Assembly (NCBI GenBank): GCA_044229975.1
Contig: JBGARZ010000005.1
Location: forward strand, 493,551-557,550
Direction of reading: 5' to 3'
Origin: Polyangiales bacterium
GTDB taxonomy: Bacteria; Myxococcota_A; Polyangia; Polyangiales; Ga0077539
DNA: 64,000 nucleotides
Part shown: positions 38,621 to 49,067 of the stretch, in pieces
How the letters are laid out: the number at the start of each line of letters is the position of its first letter
Numbering within the stretch: the stretch's first letter is position 1
Made by a program: the position numbers and the translations under genes
The notes under the pieces: generated by a model
Seen by the model: only the letters and a program-made list of their open reading frames with translations
Database searches by the model: none
Told to the model about the DNA's origin: nothing

Positions 38621-39552
38621 GTCGCCCTCGCGTCGTCACGCACCATCGCCACGAACGCGTCTTCAAGGGTCGCGCGCACCTCGACGGGCGCGGCATCGGG
38701 AACGCCCGCGGCGGTCATCGCCTCGCGCACCACGGCGGCCGGGTCGTGCTCGCGACCGGTGGTGACGCGCAGCCTCGACCCGAAGGGCGCGACCTCCTCG
38801 ACACGCTGGTCGGCCCGCAGCGCGTCGAGCACGGCGTGCGCGTCGCAGTCGACCTCGGCGACGCGTAGTCCGCGGCGGGCCATGATCTCGGCGGGGCTCC
38901 CGGTGTCGAGCAGCGTGCCGCGAAACACAAACGCCAGGCGGTGACAGCGCTCGGCCTCGTCCATGTAGTGGGTGGTGACAATGACGGTGGTTCCGTCGCG
39001 TGCGATGCGGTGGATCTCGTCCCAGAAGGTGCGCCGGCTCACCGGGTCGACGCCCGCCGTGGGCTCGTCGAGGAACACCAGCGGCGGCTCGTGCAGCATC
39101 GCGCACGCGAGGGCGACGCGCTGCTTCCAGCCGCCGGAGAGGGTTCCGGCGAGCTGGTCGGCGCGGGGGACGAGGCCGTTGCGCTCCAGCACCGCCGCCA
39201 CGCGCTCGCGACGACGAGCGCCCGAGAGCGCGTAGAGGCCCGCATAGAAGAGGAGGTTCTCGCGGACGGTGAGGTCTTCGTAGAGCGAGAAGCGCTGGGT
39301 CATGTACCCGATGCGGGTCTTCACCTTCTCGGGTTCGGTCGCGATGTCGAAGCCCGCGACGGTGCCGGAGCCAGAGGTGGGCTTGAGCAGCCCGCAGAGC
39401 ATGCGGATGGTGGTCGACTTGCCCGCGCCGTTGGAGCCGAGGATGCCGAAGATCTCCCCGCGACGAACGGAGAGCGACACGTCGCGCACGGCCACGAGCT
39501 TGCCGAAGGTGCGACCGAGGCTGCGCGTCTCGACGACGAGTTCGGCGCTCAT
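38617..39552 (-). CDS. ABC transporter ATP-binding protein (YbhF-like)
   Basis: GSNGAGKST; LSGGWKQR; FLDEPTAGVDP; TTHYMDEA. Confidence 0.96.
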   Translation of the reverse strand: MSAELVVETRSLGRTFGKLVAVRDVSLSVRRGEIFGILGSNGAGKSTTIRMLCGLLKPTSGSGTVAGFDIATEPEKVKTRIGYMTQRFSLYEDLTVRENLLFYAGLYALSGARRRERVAAVLERNGLVPRADQLAGTLSGGWKQRVALACAMLHEPPLVFLDEPTAGVDPVSRRTFWDEIHRIARDGTTVIVTTHYMDEAERCHRLAFVFRGTLLDTGSPAEIMARRGLRVAEVDCDAHAVLDALRADQRVEEVAPFGSRLRVTTGREHDPAAVVREAMTAAGVPDAAPVEVRATLEDAFVAMVRDDARAT

Positions 39553-40514
39553 GAGCCGAGCTCCACGGCGGCCGGGATGCCCGCGTGCAGGCGACCGTTG
39601 GGGTCGTCGATGCGCACCCTGACGCGCACCACGAGGTTGGGTCGCTCGCGCGGACTGAAGAGGAAGCGCGGCGTGTACTCCATGCGCCGCCCGACGAACT
39701 CCACCCTGCCCGCGTAGCGCGCACGATCACCGTCGACGCGCACCGTGACGGGAGCGCCGAGGCCCACCGCCGCGACGCCCGCCTGCGGGACGAAGACCTC
39801 CACGTACGGATGCGTGACGTCCGCCACCGTCACCACCGGAACCCCCGCCGCCACCACCTCGCCCGCCTCGATGTGCCGCTCCAACACCACCGCTCCCTGC
39901 GGCGCGTGCAGGGTGTATCGCGTGAGTCGCGCCTCCTCCGCGGAGAGCGCCGCCGTCGCCGCGTCCACCCTCGCCTGCGCCGCCGCGAGCTCCTGCGAGC
40001 GCGCCCCGTTGCGCATCGCCGCCAGCCGCTCGGTCAGGGCGCCGCGCTCTCCCCTCGCCCGCGCCCGCTGCGCCTCCAGGTCGTCGATGCCCGCGGTCGC
40101 CACGGCTCCCTGTGCGACGAGGCGTTGAGCGCGTTCGAGGCTGCGCTCCACCACGGCCTCGGTCGAGCGCGCCGCCGCGAGCTGCGCCTCGACGCCGCGG
40201 ATGTCCTCGCGACGCGTCCCCGCTTGCAGGAGACGGAGCTGCGCCCGCGCGGCGGCCACCTCGGCGGCGCGTGCATCACGGGCTGGTCGCTGGAGCCCGT
40301 CGTCGAGGGTCGCCACGACCTGACCCGCGGTGAGGGTCTGGCCGCGCTCGACGGAGAGCGTCGCGACGCGCCCGCCGAGCTCGAAGCCAATGGCCCGATC
40401 GTCGAACTCGACCACGCCCTGGAGGGCCGTCGGCGCCCGGACCTCGGCCTGACGACAGCCCACGAACGCCCCGGAAAACAGCACCAACGCGAGGGCGTGA
40501 TGGTTTTTTATCAT
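39549..40514 (-). CDS. HlyD-family periplasmic adaptor (YbhG-like)
   Basis: GGRVATLSVERGQ; coiled coil; LHAP..; EYTPR; GRLHAGIPA. Confidence 0.92.
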   Translation of the reverse strand: MIKNHHALALVLFSGAFVGCRQAEVRAPTALQGVVEFDDRAIGFELGGRVATLSVERGQTLTAGQVVATLDDGLQRPARDARAAEVAAARAQLRLLQAGTRREDIRGVEAQLAAARSTEAVVERSLERAQRLVAQGAVATAGIDDLEAQRARARGERGALTERLAAMRNGARSQELAAAQARVDAATAALSAEEARLTRYTLHAPQGAVVLERHIEAGEVVAAGVPVVTVADVTHPYVEVFVPQAGVAAVGLGAPVTVRVDGDRARYAGRVEFVGRRMEYTPRFLFSPRERPNLVVRVRVRIDDPNGRLHAGIPAAVELGS

Positions 40515-40525
40515 GCGTCTGATAA
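40508..40525. promoter_or_regulatory. Putative TetR operator overlapping the HlyD start codon
   Basis: AT-rich inverted repeat TTATCA-N6-TGATAA in an otherwise very GC-rich context. Confidence 0.55.
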
Positions 40526-40598
40526 TGGGTTAGTCCGCGCTGGCCGACAAGGGGCCCCCGGCCGTGTCGCCGCGGAGGTTGGTAGGCTTCGACCGCCG

Positions 40599-40946
40599 AT
40601 GGTCACCCCGCATGTCGCCGTGCGCGCCTTCCTCGCCGTGTCGCTCTCCGTGGGCATCGCAGGCGCACAGCCGCGCCCCGCTCCGTCGACGCGGAGCCCG
40701 ATGGACGAAGCCCGCGCGTGCCTCCACAACAACCCGAGGGATCTGGCCGCTGGCAACCTGTGCGTCGTCCTGGCGCTCAGCGGACGCGCCACACCGCAGC
40801 CCGAGATCGCCCTGCTCGCGGCCATCCATGGAAGGCTCCGCCAGGGCGGCGACGCGACCCGCATGATGCGGATCTACCTCCGGCGATTCCCCGACGGATC
40901 CAGCGCCCCGTCGTTCCGGCAGTACCTGGAAATGAACGCGCGGTGA
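40599..40946 (+). CDS. Small secreted helical protein (TPR-like)
   Basis: Signal-like VSLSVGIAGAQ; MRIYLRRFPDG motif; coupled to the GFA gene. Confidence 0.6.
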   Translation: MVTPHVAVRAFLAVSLSVGIAGAQPRPAPSTRSPMDEARACLHNNPRDLAAGNLCVVLALSGRATPQPEIALLAAIHGRLRQGGDATRMMRIYLRRFPDGSSAPSFRQYLEMNAR

Positions 40947-41344
40947 CGACCCGCCACGCCGCCTGCACCTGCGGCCAGTTGCGCCTCACCTGTGATGGCG
41001 ATCCGATCAGGGTCTCCGTCTGCCACTGCCTCGCCTGTCAGCGGCGCACGGGCAGCGCGTTCGGCGCGCAGGCCCGCTTCCATCGCGAGCAGGTGGTGGC
41101 CATCGAGGGCGACGCGACGCCGTTCATCCGCGTCGGTGATAGCGGCACCGCCATCACGTTTCACTTCTGCCCGGCGTGCGGCTCCACCGTCTACTGGTTG
41201 ATCCCGACGTGGCCGGACTTCGTCGTGGTCGCGGTGGGGTCCTTCGCCGACCCGGCGTTTCCTCCACCGACGGTGTCCATCTACGAAGCGCGGCAGCACC
41301 CGTGGATGACCTTCACCGCCTCGGACGTGGAGCACATCGAGTAG
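40943..41344 (+). CDS. GFA / CENP-V family zinc protein
   Basis: CTCG; CHCLACQRRTGSAF; FCPACGSTVYW. Confidence 0.93.
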   Translation: MTTRHAACTCGQLRLTCDGDPIRVSVCHCLACQRRTGSAFGAQARFHREQVVAIEGDATPFIRVGDSGTAITFHFCPACGSTVYWLIPTWPDFVVVAVGSFADPAFPPPTVSIYEARQHPWMTFTASDVEHIE

Positions 41345-41493
41345 CGCTGCGCGGGTCGTCTCCGGGCTTCGGAGCCGTCGTGCCTTCGGGCACAACACGA
41401 ACGACGGGCGGCGATCGCGACTGTAAGGCCATCACCACCGCGCGCGTTGTGCGACGCCGGTCACGCCACAGCGTCACCGCGGAGGTCTTGCGC

Positions 41494-42252
41494 ATGAAAT
41501 CCTTCTCCTTCCTTCTTCGTGGCTTCGCGTTGGCGGGCCTCCTCTCCGCCGGGTGCAGCACGGCAGTTCATCGGCCCGGGATCGCGACCGCCTTCGACGC
41601 CCACCCCGGGAGGGAGATCACCGACGACGACATCCGCGTGGCGTTCAGCGCGCGTCCGCAGCTCCCTGCGCAGTTGCGCGTGGCGTACTTCTCCAATGAC
41701 CCCGCGCGCGACGCCGAGATCGAGGGCGCGGTCGCGTCCATCCCCGACGTGGCCGGGGTGTACCGCATCCCCTCGGTGCTCGTGACCGGTCGCCGACGCT
41801 TCGACGAGACGCGGTCGTGGGACCCGCCGCGTGAGGTCGGCATCCACGCGCTGCGGCTCCTCGCGGCGAGGGCGCGCTGCGACGCGCTGGTGGTCTTCGA
41901 CTACGGCAGCCGGATCGAGCGCAGCGCCAACGGCTACGCGGCGCTCAACGCGCTGGTGGTCCCGGTCTTCTTCGCGCCCTTCCTCGAAGCGCGCGTGGAG
42001 AGCTACCTCGACGCCTACGTGATCGACGTCCGCAACGGCTACCTCTACCGCCACGTCAACGCCGCGCAGCGGGGCGAGACGTCGCGGCTCACCATGTGGT
42101 CGGAGGCCGACCGGCGCCTCGTCGAGAGCCAGTGGACGACCCTGCTCGCCGACACACGGCGCGACCTCGCCGCGGCCTTCGTCGAGGGGCGCTCACCGCC
42201 CGCGCCGATTGACGTCGCCGCGACCGCGAGCGCCCACCCGCCGACGCGCTGA
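41494..42252 (+). CDS. Hypothetical lipoprotein
   Basis: GGAGG RBS; LSAGC lipobox; AYVIDVRNGYLY. Confidence 0.8.
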   Translation: MKSFSFLLRGFALAGLLSAGCSTAVHRPGIATAFDAHPGREITDDDIRVAFSARPQLPAQLRVAYFSNDPARDAEIEGAVASIPDVAGVYRIPSVLVTGRRRFDETRSWDPPREVGIHALRLLAARARCDALVVFDYGSRIERSANGYAALNALVVPVFFAPFLEARVESYLDAYVIDVRNGYLYRHVNAAQRGETSRLTMWSEADRRLVESQWTTLLADTRRDLAAAFVEGRSPPAPIDVAATASAHPPTR

Positions 42253-42399
42253 GGCGGCGTCGGAGTCACTCCTCTTCGGGTCACTGCGTCCGGCTACCGC
42301 GCCACGAGCGTGCTGCACGTCGAACGCGACGCCGTCGGGCGTAGCCGCGAGCACGATGGACGGCGGGCGAGGTGCCGCGCCGGGGTGACAGCACGGAGT

Positions 42400-44547
42400 T
42401 CATGGTCTTGGCGCGCGGGCGCGGTAGAGGGTGAGCACGACCTCGTCGCCGTCCTGGAGCGACAGCACGCTGTGCGTCGCGCCGCTCGCGTCGACGACGG
42501 TGCGTCCGACGTTGACCGAGTCATAGACGTGCGAGCGATAGCGGGCGCTCGCAACAGGCGTGAGGTCGATGGCCTCGTGCAGCGCGGCGCACGCCGGCGC
42601 CAGCGGCGACGAGGCGGGCCGGTGGCTCCAGCAGGTGAGGCCCTCGTAGACCATCAGGCACCGCGGCGGTTGACGGAGCAGCTCCAGCGCCTCGGGCGTC
42701 AGCACTTCGGCAGGGGCGCGCGACGATGGGAGGGCACCGAGGGAGACGACGTTCCAGGCGGGGCCGGCGACGCCGCGGCGGATGCGCTCGGCGAAGCGCT
42801 CCAGGCGCGACGCGTGGCGCATCGAGGCCACGGCGGTGTTGGTCGCCGGCTGAAACTCGAGCACGGTGCAGCCCTCCGGCACGAGGTCGCGCGCGCCGCG
42901 CAGGAACTCGTATTCGCGCATCTCGAAGTAGTCGACGTCGCGCTCGAAGCGCAGGTGCGCGACGGGCATCGCGGCGAGGTACGCGACCACCAACAAGCAC
43001 ATCCAGCGCGGGCCCTGGAGGAGCGCAGGCGTGGCGGCGGCGGCGAGCAGGACGAAGGGCGTCGCGAGGTTGAGGTGGTAGCGCGCCTGCATCGCGAGCG
43101 CGGTCGGGGTCACGTACGAGTGGACGACGAAGAAGCCCACCAGCCAGCACAGGAGGAAGACCGCGCGCCGGGCCTCCCCGCGGCGCCACAGGCTCACCCC
43201 GCCGACGAGTGCCAGCACCGTGAGGCCGGGCGCCGAGCTCCACGGGTTGAGCAGCATGTTGAGCCGCGGGCTGAAGAAGGTCGCCAGCGCGGTGCGCAGC
43301 GTCTGGACGCTGAGGCCCTGGTTGATGTTCTGGCGGTGCAGCACCAGCAGGAACGTCACCACCGAAAACGCCGCCGCGACCGTCATGAGGGCGGCTGCGA
43401 GGAGGCGCCGGGCGCGCGGCGCGTCGCGCGAGACGACGACGATGCCGCCGAGGTCGAGCAGGTAGAAGACGATCGCCTCGGGGCGGGCGGTGTACGTCGC
43501 GACGCAGAGCAGCGGCAGGGCGCCGAAGCAGACCAGGCGCCAGCGAGGCGAAGGGTCCGTGACCGCGCAATACAGGACCACGAAGGTGAGCGACGAGGTC
43601 AGCAGCGACTGCACGATCTCGACGTCGCTGTGGGAGAAGCGGATGTGCAGCGGGAGGAGCGCCAGCATCGCCGCGGCGGCGAGCGCGCTGCGACGGTCCT
43701 TGAGCACGTAGTGGGCGTGCGCGAACATCACCAGTGGGGCGGCGACGGCGAGGAACAAGGTCGCGTGGTGGATCGTCTCCGCGAGGCGAAACGTGGCGCC
43801 CGTCAGCCGGCTGATGGCGGACAGCATGACGCCGCCGTAGGCGTGCGCTGCGAGCGGGACCGTGCGCGCGTACGACCACGCCGTCATGGGCGCCTCGCGC
43901 GCGATGGCGAGGCGGAGCAACAGACCGCCGAGGGTGATCCCCGCGAGGGCCCACGAGTCCCGCGCGGGTGCGCCGCGTAGCAGCCGTCGGATCACCAGCA
44001 GCGTGAAGGCCAGACCGGCGATCGACAGCAGGACGCCATCGGTCAACACCGCCACCAGACCGCCGCCAGCGGGGCGCGGTCCACCCGGCCGCGGGGACGA
44101 CGCGATCCGCGGACCGGGAGGAGGTTCGCGATGCAGCCGCGATGGGAGGGCGGGGCGTGACTGAACGCAAGCGCCCACGCGATCGAGCGCCGCGCGCAGC
44201 GGCGCCGGAGCGGCCGCCCACGACGGAAACTCCCCCACTGGCGAGAGTGCCCAATCGCCCACGACGCGGAAGCCCGGGTGCGGTCGGCGGGCGATCTCGA
44301 CCCGCAGCGGAGCGGCTCCATCGACGGAGGCCGACAGCACGATGAGGCCGTCGTTGGGGCACACCTCGCGGGTGATCGTGAGCTCACGGGCCGCGGCGCA
44401 ACGGTCGACCCACGCTTCCACTTCCGGGAGGCAGGACGTCGGCCGAGCTCCGCGGCGCGACCCGCCCCCGCACGCGACGAGCACGACCACCGCGACCAGC
44501 CAGACGACCCACCGCGCCCGGTCGCCCCGCTGGGTCGCCTCGCTCAT
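42400..44547 (-). CDS. Polytopic membrane protein, probable GT-C fold glycosyltransferase
   Basis: About 10 TM helices; LALLPLHIRFSHS; YTARPE; QARYHL; soluble N- and C-terminal domains. Confidence 0.65.
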   Translation of the reverse strand: MSEATQRGDRARWVVWLVAVVVLVACGGGSRRGARPTSCLPEVEAWVDRCAAARELTITREVCPNDGLIVLSASVDGAAPLRVEIARRPHPGFRVVGDWALSPVGEFPSWAAAPAPLRAALDRVGACVQSRPALPSRLHREPPPGPRIASSPRPGGPRPAGGGLVAVLTDGVLLSIAGLAFTLLVIRRLLRGAPARDSWALAGITLGGLLLRLAIAREAPMTAWSYARTVPLAAHAYGGVMLSAISRLTGATFRLAETIHHATLFLAVAAPLVMFAHAHYVLKDRRSALAAAAMLALLPLHIRFSHSDVEIVQSLLTSSLTFVVLYCAVTDPSPRWRLVCFGALPLLCVATYTARPEAIVFYLLDLGGIVVVSRDAPRARRLLAAALMTVAAAFSVVTFLLVLHRQNINQGLSVQTLRTALATFFSPRLNMLLNPWSSAPGLTVLALVGGVSLWRRGEARRAVFLLCWLVGFFVVHSYVTPTALAMQARYHLNLATPFVLLAAAATPALLQGPRWMCLLVVAYLAAMPVAHLRFERDVDYFEMREYEFLRGARDLVPEGCTVLEFQPATNTAVASMRHASRLERFAERIRRGVAGPAWNVVSLGALPSSRAPAEVLTPEALELLRQPPRCLMVYEGLTCWSHRPASSPLAPACAALHEAIDLTPVASARYRSHVYDSVNVGRTVVDASGATHSVLSLQDGDEVVLTLYRARAPRP

Positions 44548-44565
44548 TCGCCCCTCAGTCCCCGC

Positions 44566-46365
44566 TCAAAACCAGTCCGGCCGCGCCTCCGCGTACGCCC
44601 GATCGCCCGCTCGGATGCGCGCCACCAGCAACCCCGCCCGCGGCAGCTCGCTCACGACCCAGTACCGCGCCGCCGCCAGCTTGCCCCGATAGAAGTCCGC
44701 CGACGCTCCGCCCCCGTCACCCTTCGCGAGCCCGCGCTGCGCCGCCGCGGCCATCGCGATCCACTGCCACCCGACGACCACCACGCCCATCAGGTCGAGG
44801 TAGTCCGTCGCGTGCAGCAGCATCCCCTCGCGATCGCCCGCCATGCCCTTCGCGCCGAGCTCCATCGTCAGCCCGCCCAGCGCCTCCACCGTCGACGCCA
44901 GCGCGTCGCACCACGCAGCCTCGACGCCCGCCGTTCGCGCGTCATCGACCGCCGCCGCGATCGTCGCCCCGAGCGTCATCAGCGACGCGCCGCCCTCGGC
45001 CATCACCTTGCGGCCCAGCAGGTCCATCGCCTGGATGCCGGTGGTGCCCTCGTGGATGGTGTTGAGCTTCTGGTCGCGCAGCCACGCCTCGGGCAGGTAC
45101 TCGCTCGTGTACCCATAACCCCCGTGGATCTGCACCGCGAGCGCGTTGCTCTCGAAGCCGCGCTCCGCGGGAAAGCTCTTCGCGATGGGCGTCAGCAGGT
45201 CGAGCATCCGCTGGGCATCGCGCCGCGCGTCTTCGCCCGCCGCGTGCGCCGCGAGGTCGACGTAGAGCGCCGTCTGCGCCAGCAGCGCGAGGCTGCCCTC
45301 CACGATCGCCTTCTGCGCGAGCAGCATCCGCCGCACGTCCGCGTGCTCGATGATCGCGACCATCTCGCCGCCGCCGCTCCCCGCGAGCGCTCGGCCCTGC
45401 GGGCGCGTCCGCGCGTACTCCAGCGACTCGTGGTAGGCGACCGACGCGGTGGCGGCGGCGTTCATGCCGACCATCAATCGCGCCTCGTTCATCATCTGGA
45501 ACATGCACGCGAGCCCGCGCCCTTCGGGGCCCACGAGCCAGCCGTGACAGTCGCCCTCGTCGCCGAGGTTGAGCGCGATGGAGGGCAATCCCTTCCAGCC
45601 CATCTTGTGAAACACGCCCGCGGCGACCGCGTCGTTGGGCACCAGCGCGCCGTTTTCGGGGCGTAGCCGCGGCACCGCGAAGAGCGACACGCCGCGCGTA
45701 CCGTTGGGCGCTCCGTCGATGCGTGCGAGCACGAGGTGCACGATGTTTTCGGTGACGTCCTGGTCGCCGCCCGAGATGAACACCTTCGCGCCCTGCATCC
45801 GGTAGCTGCCGTCGGGTTGCGGCGTGGCGCGCGTGCGGATGTCCCCCAGCGACGAGCCCGCGTGCGGCTCGGTGAGGGCCATGGTTCCGGTCCAGACGCC
45901 TTCGTACATCGGGCGCATGAAGGTCTCGCGCAGCCACTCGCTGCCGAACGCTTCGAGCAGGTGCGACGCCCCGCTGGTGAGCCCGAGGTACGCGTACGCC
46001 GCCGCGTTGCCCGCCATCAGGTACCCCGTCGCCAGCGTCGCCACGACGTGCGGCAACTGCTGCCCGCCCACCTCGTGCGGCCGCGTCGGATGAACGAACC
46101 CCTGTTCGATCATCGCCGGGTAGAGCGTTCGCATCACCGGGTGCACCTGCACCCTCCCCTCGACGAGGCGCGGCGGTTCGAGGTCCATCGCGCGGAAGGC
46201 CGGGAAGAGCACCTCGCGCGCGAGGCGCCGCGCGTTGTCGAGCACGAGGTCGAAGGTCTCGCGGTTGTAGCCCTCGAAGTACGAGAGGCTCCCGAGGCGC
46301 TCGACGTCGAGCACCTCGTACAACACGAAGGCCACGTCGCGATCGGAGAGGAGGGGATTGGTCAC
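44566..46365 (-). CDS. Acyl-CoA dehydrogenase
   Basis: [63 protein letters not shown]. Confidence 0.96.
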   Translation of the reverse strand: MTNPLLSDRDVAFVLYEVLDVERLGSLSYFEGYNRETFDLVLDNARRLAREVLFPAFRAMDLEPPRLVEGRVQVHPVMRTLYPAMIEQGFVHPTRPHEVGGQQLPHVVATLATGYLMAGNAAAYAYLGLTSGASHLLEAFGSEWLRETFMRPMYEGVWTGTMALTEPHAGSSLGDIRTRATPQPDGSYRMQGAKVFISGGDQDVTENIVHLVLARIDGAPNGTRGVSLFAVPRLRPENGALVPNDAVAAGVFHKMGWKGLPSIALNLGDEGDCHGWLVGPEGRGLACMFQMMNEARLMVGMNAAATASVAYHESLEYARTRPQGRALAGSGGGEMVAIIEHADVRRMLLAQKAIVEGSLALLAQTALYVDLAAHAAGEDARRDAQRMLDLLTPIAKSFPAERGFESNALAVQIHGGYGYTSEYLPEAWLRDQKLNTIHEGTTGIQAMDLLGRKVMAEGGASLMTLGATIAAAVDDARTAGVEAAWCDALASTVEALGGLTMELGAKGMAGDREGMLLHATDYLDLMGVVVVGWQWIAMAAAAQRGLAKGDGGGASADFYRGKLAAARYWVVSELPRAGLLVARIRAGDRAYAEARPDWF

Positions 46366-46372
46366 TGGGGTC

Positions 46373-47944
46373 TCACTTCACGGGGAGCGCGGCGCCCGCT
46401 GCCTGCGCCGTCACGTCGAGCCGAAACGACGACCGCGACCCCGGCGACGGGGCCGCGATCCAGATCGACGTCGAGCCCACGGGGAAGTCGGCCGCCAGCG
46501 TCGCGGAGCGGGTGCTCCGGCCGTCGACGCACTGCATGTCTCCGGTCGGGCCGCGCAGCAGCATCATGATGGGGAGGTGCGACGAGGCCGTGACCGTCAC
46601 CCGTCGACGCGACGCGGAGGTCATGCGGAGCTGCGGCGCCGACGACAGGTAGCCCGCGCATCCCGGCGCAATCGTGCTCGCCGACAGCGAGCCCGTCACG
46701 AGGCCCGCGAGGTGCGTGTCGGGCGCCGCGTAGTCGAGGTCGAGGGCCGTGACGGTGGGCCTGCTCATCGGTGAGAGCCCGTTGGCCAGCGGGGTCGCCT
46801 CCACCGTGGACTCGGACTGGACGCTCAGCGTGAAGGGCGCGCGGGGGCCGCTGCTGAAGGTTCCGACCCACACCTGGACGATGCCCGGCGTGGCGAAGGT
46901 CTCGATGCGCGGCTGGTTGCCGACCGAGTCATCGTCGCAGTGGAGGGCGCCCGACGGGTCACGCACGACCATGGTGAGGTCGGTCGTCGAGGCCGTGGTG
47001 AGCACGACACGGCGCTGGTCGCGCACCGTCAGCGAGAGGTGCGGAACGGCCGAGATGTACCCGCGGCAGTTGCTGCCGAGCGTCGACGCGGAGAGCAGGC
47101 CGCCCGCGACGCCCTCGCGCGTCGTGGTGCTCGACAGACCGCTCAGCGCCACGACACCGAGCGTCGGGGCGGCGGCCACGGCGAGGCCGTTGGCGAGCGG
47201 CACGGAGCCCACCGCCTCGCTGTCGACCAGGGCCTCGAACGACACCGCCGACGACTCGCTGTAGCGCCCGAACCACACCGGGTAGACGCCCGGCGTGAGG
47301 GAGAGCGTGAGCCGGGGGTTGGTGCCCTCGCCGCCGTCGTCGTCGCAGCGCCACAGGCCCGACGCATCGCGCACCGCGAGGGTGAGGTCGCCGGTGCCGC
47401 GCGAGGTGATGGTCACCTGCTGCGTGGTGGTGACCCGCAGCACGAGGTGGGGCGCCGACGAGAAGTGCCCGCGGCACGCCGAGGAGAGCCGGTTGGCCGC
47501 GATGGAGCCGTTGGCGATGGCGGGGAAGGATCGTCCCGCGGTGGGCGCGGCGCCGAGGACGACGGTGCCGGCCGTGGGCGCGGCGTGCAGATCGACGCTC
47601 GGGATGAAGCTGCCGCCATTGCGCATGACCGAGAAGGCCACGCCGCCGCCGACGGCCGCGATGGCGACCATGGCCACGAGGCCGGTGACGCACCCCGCGC
47701 TGCCGGTGCTGGGCGGTGCGGCCGCCGGGCGGTAGACGTTGGCCGTCGACGGCGCGCTGGTGCTGGTGCTCGTGGTGGGCGGTGACTGCCACGTCGGAGG
47801 CGGCTGCCAACCGGGCGGCGTCTGGATCGCCGCGGTGCGCATCGCCTTCACCTGGCTGGTCGCACCACAGTACGAGCACTGAACCAACCGCTGGCCGTCC
47901 ACCACGTTGAGGGGCGCGCCGCACTTCTTGCACTCGACAATCAC
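46373..47944 (-). CDS. Zinc-ribbon + TM + three tandem extracellular beta-sandwich (PPC-like) repeats
   Basis: CKKCGAPL...CSYCG; one TM helix; three copies of C.G...AP.L.L...L..R.P/A.G...C.D. Confidence 0.8.
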   Translation of the reverse strand: MIVECKKCGAPLNVVDGQRLVQCSYCGATSQVKAMRTAAIQTPPGWQPPPTWQSPPTTSTSTSAPSTANVYRPAAAPPSTGSAGCVTGLVAMVAIAAVGGGVAFSVMRNGGSFIPSVDLHAAPTAGTVVLGAAPTAGRSFPAIANGSIAANRLSSACRGHFSSAPHLVLRVTTTQQVTITSRGTGDLTLAVRDASGLWRCDDDGGEGTNPRLTLSLTPGVYPVWFGRYSESSAVSFEALVDSEAVGSVPLANGLAVAAAPTLGVVALSGLSSTTTREGVAGGLLSASTLGSNCRGYISAVPHLSLTVRDQRRVVLTTASTTDLTMVVRDPSGALHCDDDSVGNQPRIETFATPGIVQVWVGTFSSGPRAPFTLSVQSESTVEATPLANGLSPMSRPTVTALDLDYAAPDTHLAGLVTGSLSASTIAPGCAGYLSSAPQLRMTSASRRRVTVTASSHLPIMMLLRGPTGDMQCVDGRSTRSATLAADFPVGSTSIWIAAPSPGSRSSFRLDVTAQAAGAALPVK

Positions 47945-48003
47945 GCGGCCATCGTACCCCGATCACCTGGTCGTTGCGATCGGCGTCGAGGCACCACTCA
48001 CCC

Positions 48004-48765
48004 TCACCCGAACAGGAACCGCAGCGCCCCGGGCAGTCGGCGACGCCACGCGCGCTCGTGGTGTCGGCCGGTCGCCTCGATCTTGAATCGCAGCCGGTCC
48101 TCTCCGTAGCCACGCGCGGTGAGCAGGCGGGCCATCTGCGTGGCCGTCGCGATCATGCCGTGGCGCGACTCGCGACCGCCCACGTCGAGGTAGATCTTCG
48201 AGGTGCGCGGGAGCTCGACGCGCGCCACGAGGTCGGCCATCGCCCCGCGCGCAAACCACAGCGACGGCGACATGCACAGCGCCCCGCCGAAGACCTCGGG
48301 GTGGCGCAGGTGCGCGTAGAGCGCCGCGAGCCCACCGAGCGAGCTGCCTCCGATGACGGTGAGCGCGGGGTCGTCCGAGAGGTCGAGCGCGGTGCGGGCG
48401 CGCGGGAGGAGAGACGCAGCGATCCAACGGGCGAGGGCGTCGCCACCGCCGCCGCGATGGCCGTCGCGGAAGGGAGCGAGCTCGTCGATGCGCGCGTGGT
48501 GGCCGTGGTCGACGGCGAGGACCACCGGCGGATTGGCGCGGCGCGCGGCGTAGCGGTCGACGGCGTGGTGGGCGTGCCAGGCGCCCGCGAAGGAGCCGGC
48601 GTCGTCGAAGATGTTCTGGCCGTCGAAGAGCACGAGCACCGGGCGCGGGGTCGCGCGCTTCGGGCGACGGGCCGGGAGGTAGGCGCGCACGCGGCGGTGC
48701 GAGGCGATCTCGGGGATGTCGAAGTGGCCGAGCTCGACGAGCCGACCCGCGGGAGAAGTGGTCAT
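48004..48765 (-). CDS. Alpha/beta hydrolase (putative esterase)
   Basis: VLFDGQNIF; GGSSLGG; YLDVGGRE; HHERAWRRR. Confidence 0.9.
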   Translation of the reverse strand: MTTSPAGRLVELGHFDIPEIASHRRVRAYLPARRPKRATPRPVLVLFDGQNIFDDAGSFAGAWHAHHAVDRYAARRANPPVVLAVDHGHHARIDELAPFRDGHRGGGGDALARWIAASLLPRARTALDLSDDPALTVIGGSSLGGLAALYAHLRHPEVFGGALCMSPSLWFARGAMADLVARVELPRTSKIYLDVGGRESRHGMIATATQMARLLTARGYGEDRLRFKIEATGRHHERAWRRRLPGALRFLFG

Positions 48766-48799
48766 GACGACTCACCCCGTCGACGTTCGCGCCGTGGGG

Positions 48800-49043
48800 G
48801 CCGGGGTTCACGGTGCAGGCTCCGTGTCCGTCGCGCTCCGTTCACCCCGGACAATGGTAGGGGGTCACCCCGCCGCTGCGCGACGGGGTTGCAAGGGAAG
48901 TCACCGCCTCCCGCTCTTCGTCGGTCAGGAGTGTGATGGATCTCGGGCCTGCAACCCCGTCGCGCAGCGGCGGGGTGACCCCCTACCATGGACCGGGGTG
49001 AACGGAGCGCGACGGACGCGGAGCCTGCACCGTGAACCCCGGC
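48800..49043. repeat. Long near-perfect palindromic REP-like element, same family as 30211 and 35120
   Basis: Arms of ~95 bp: GCCGGGGTTCACGGTGCAGGCTCCG...GGGGTCACCCCGCCGCTGCGCGACGGGGTTGCA mirrored; ~55-bp spacer. Confidence 0.9.
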
Positions 49044-49067
49044 TCCACTTCGCGAACATCGGTATGA

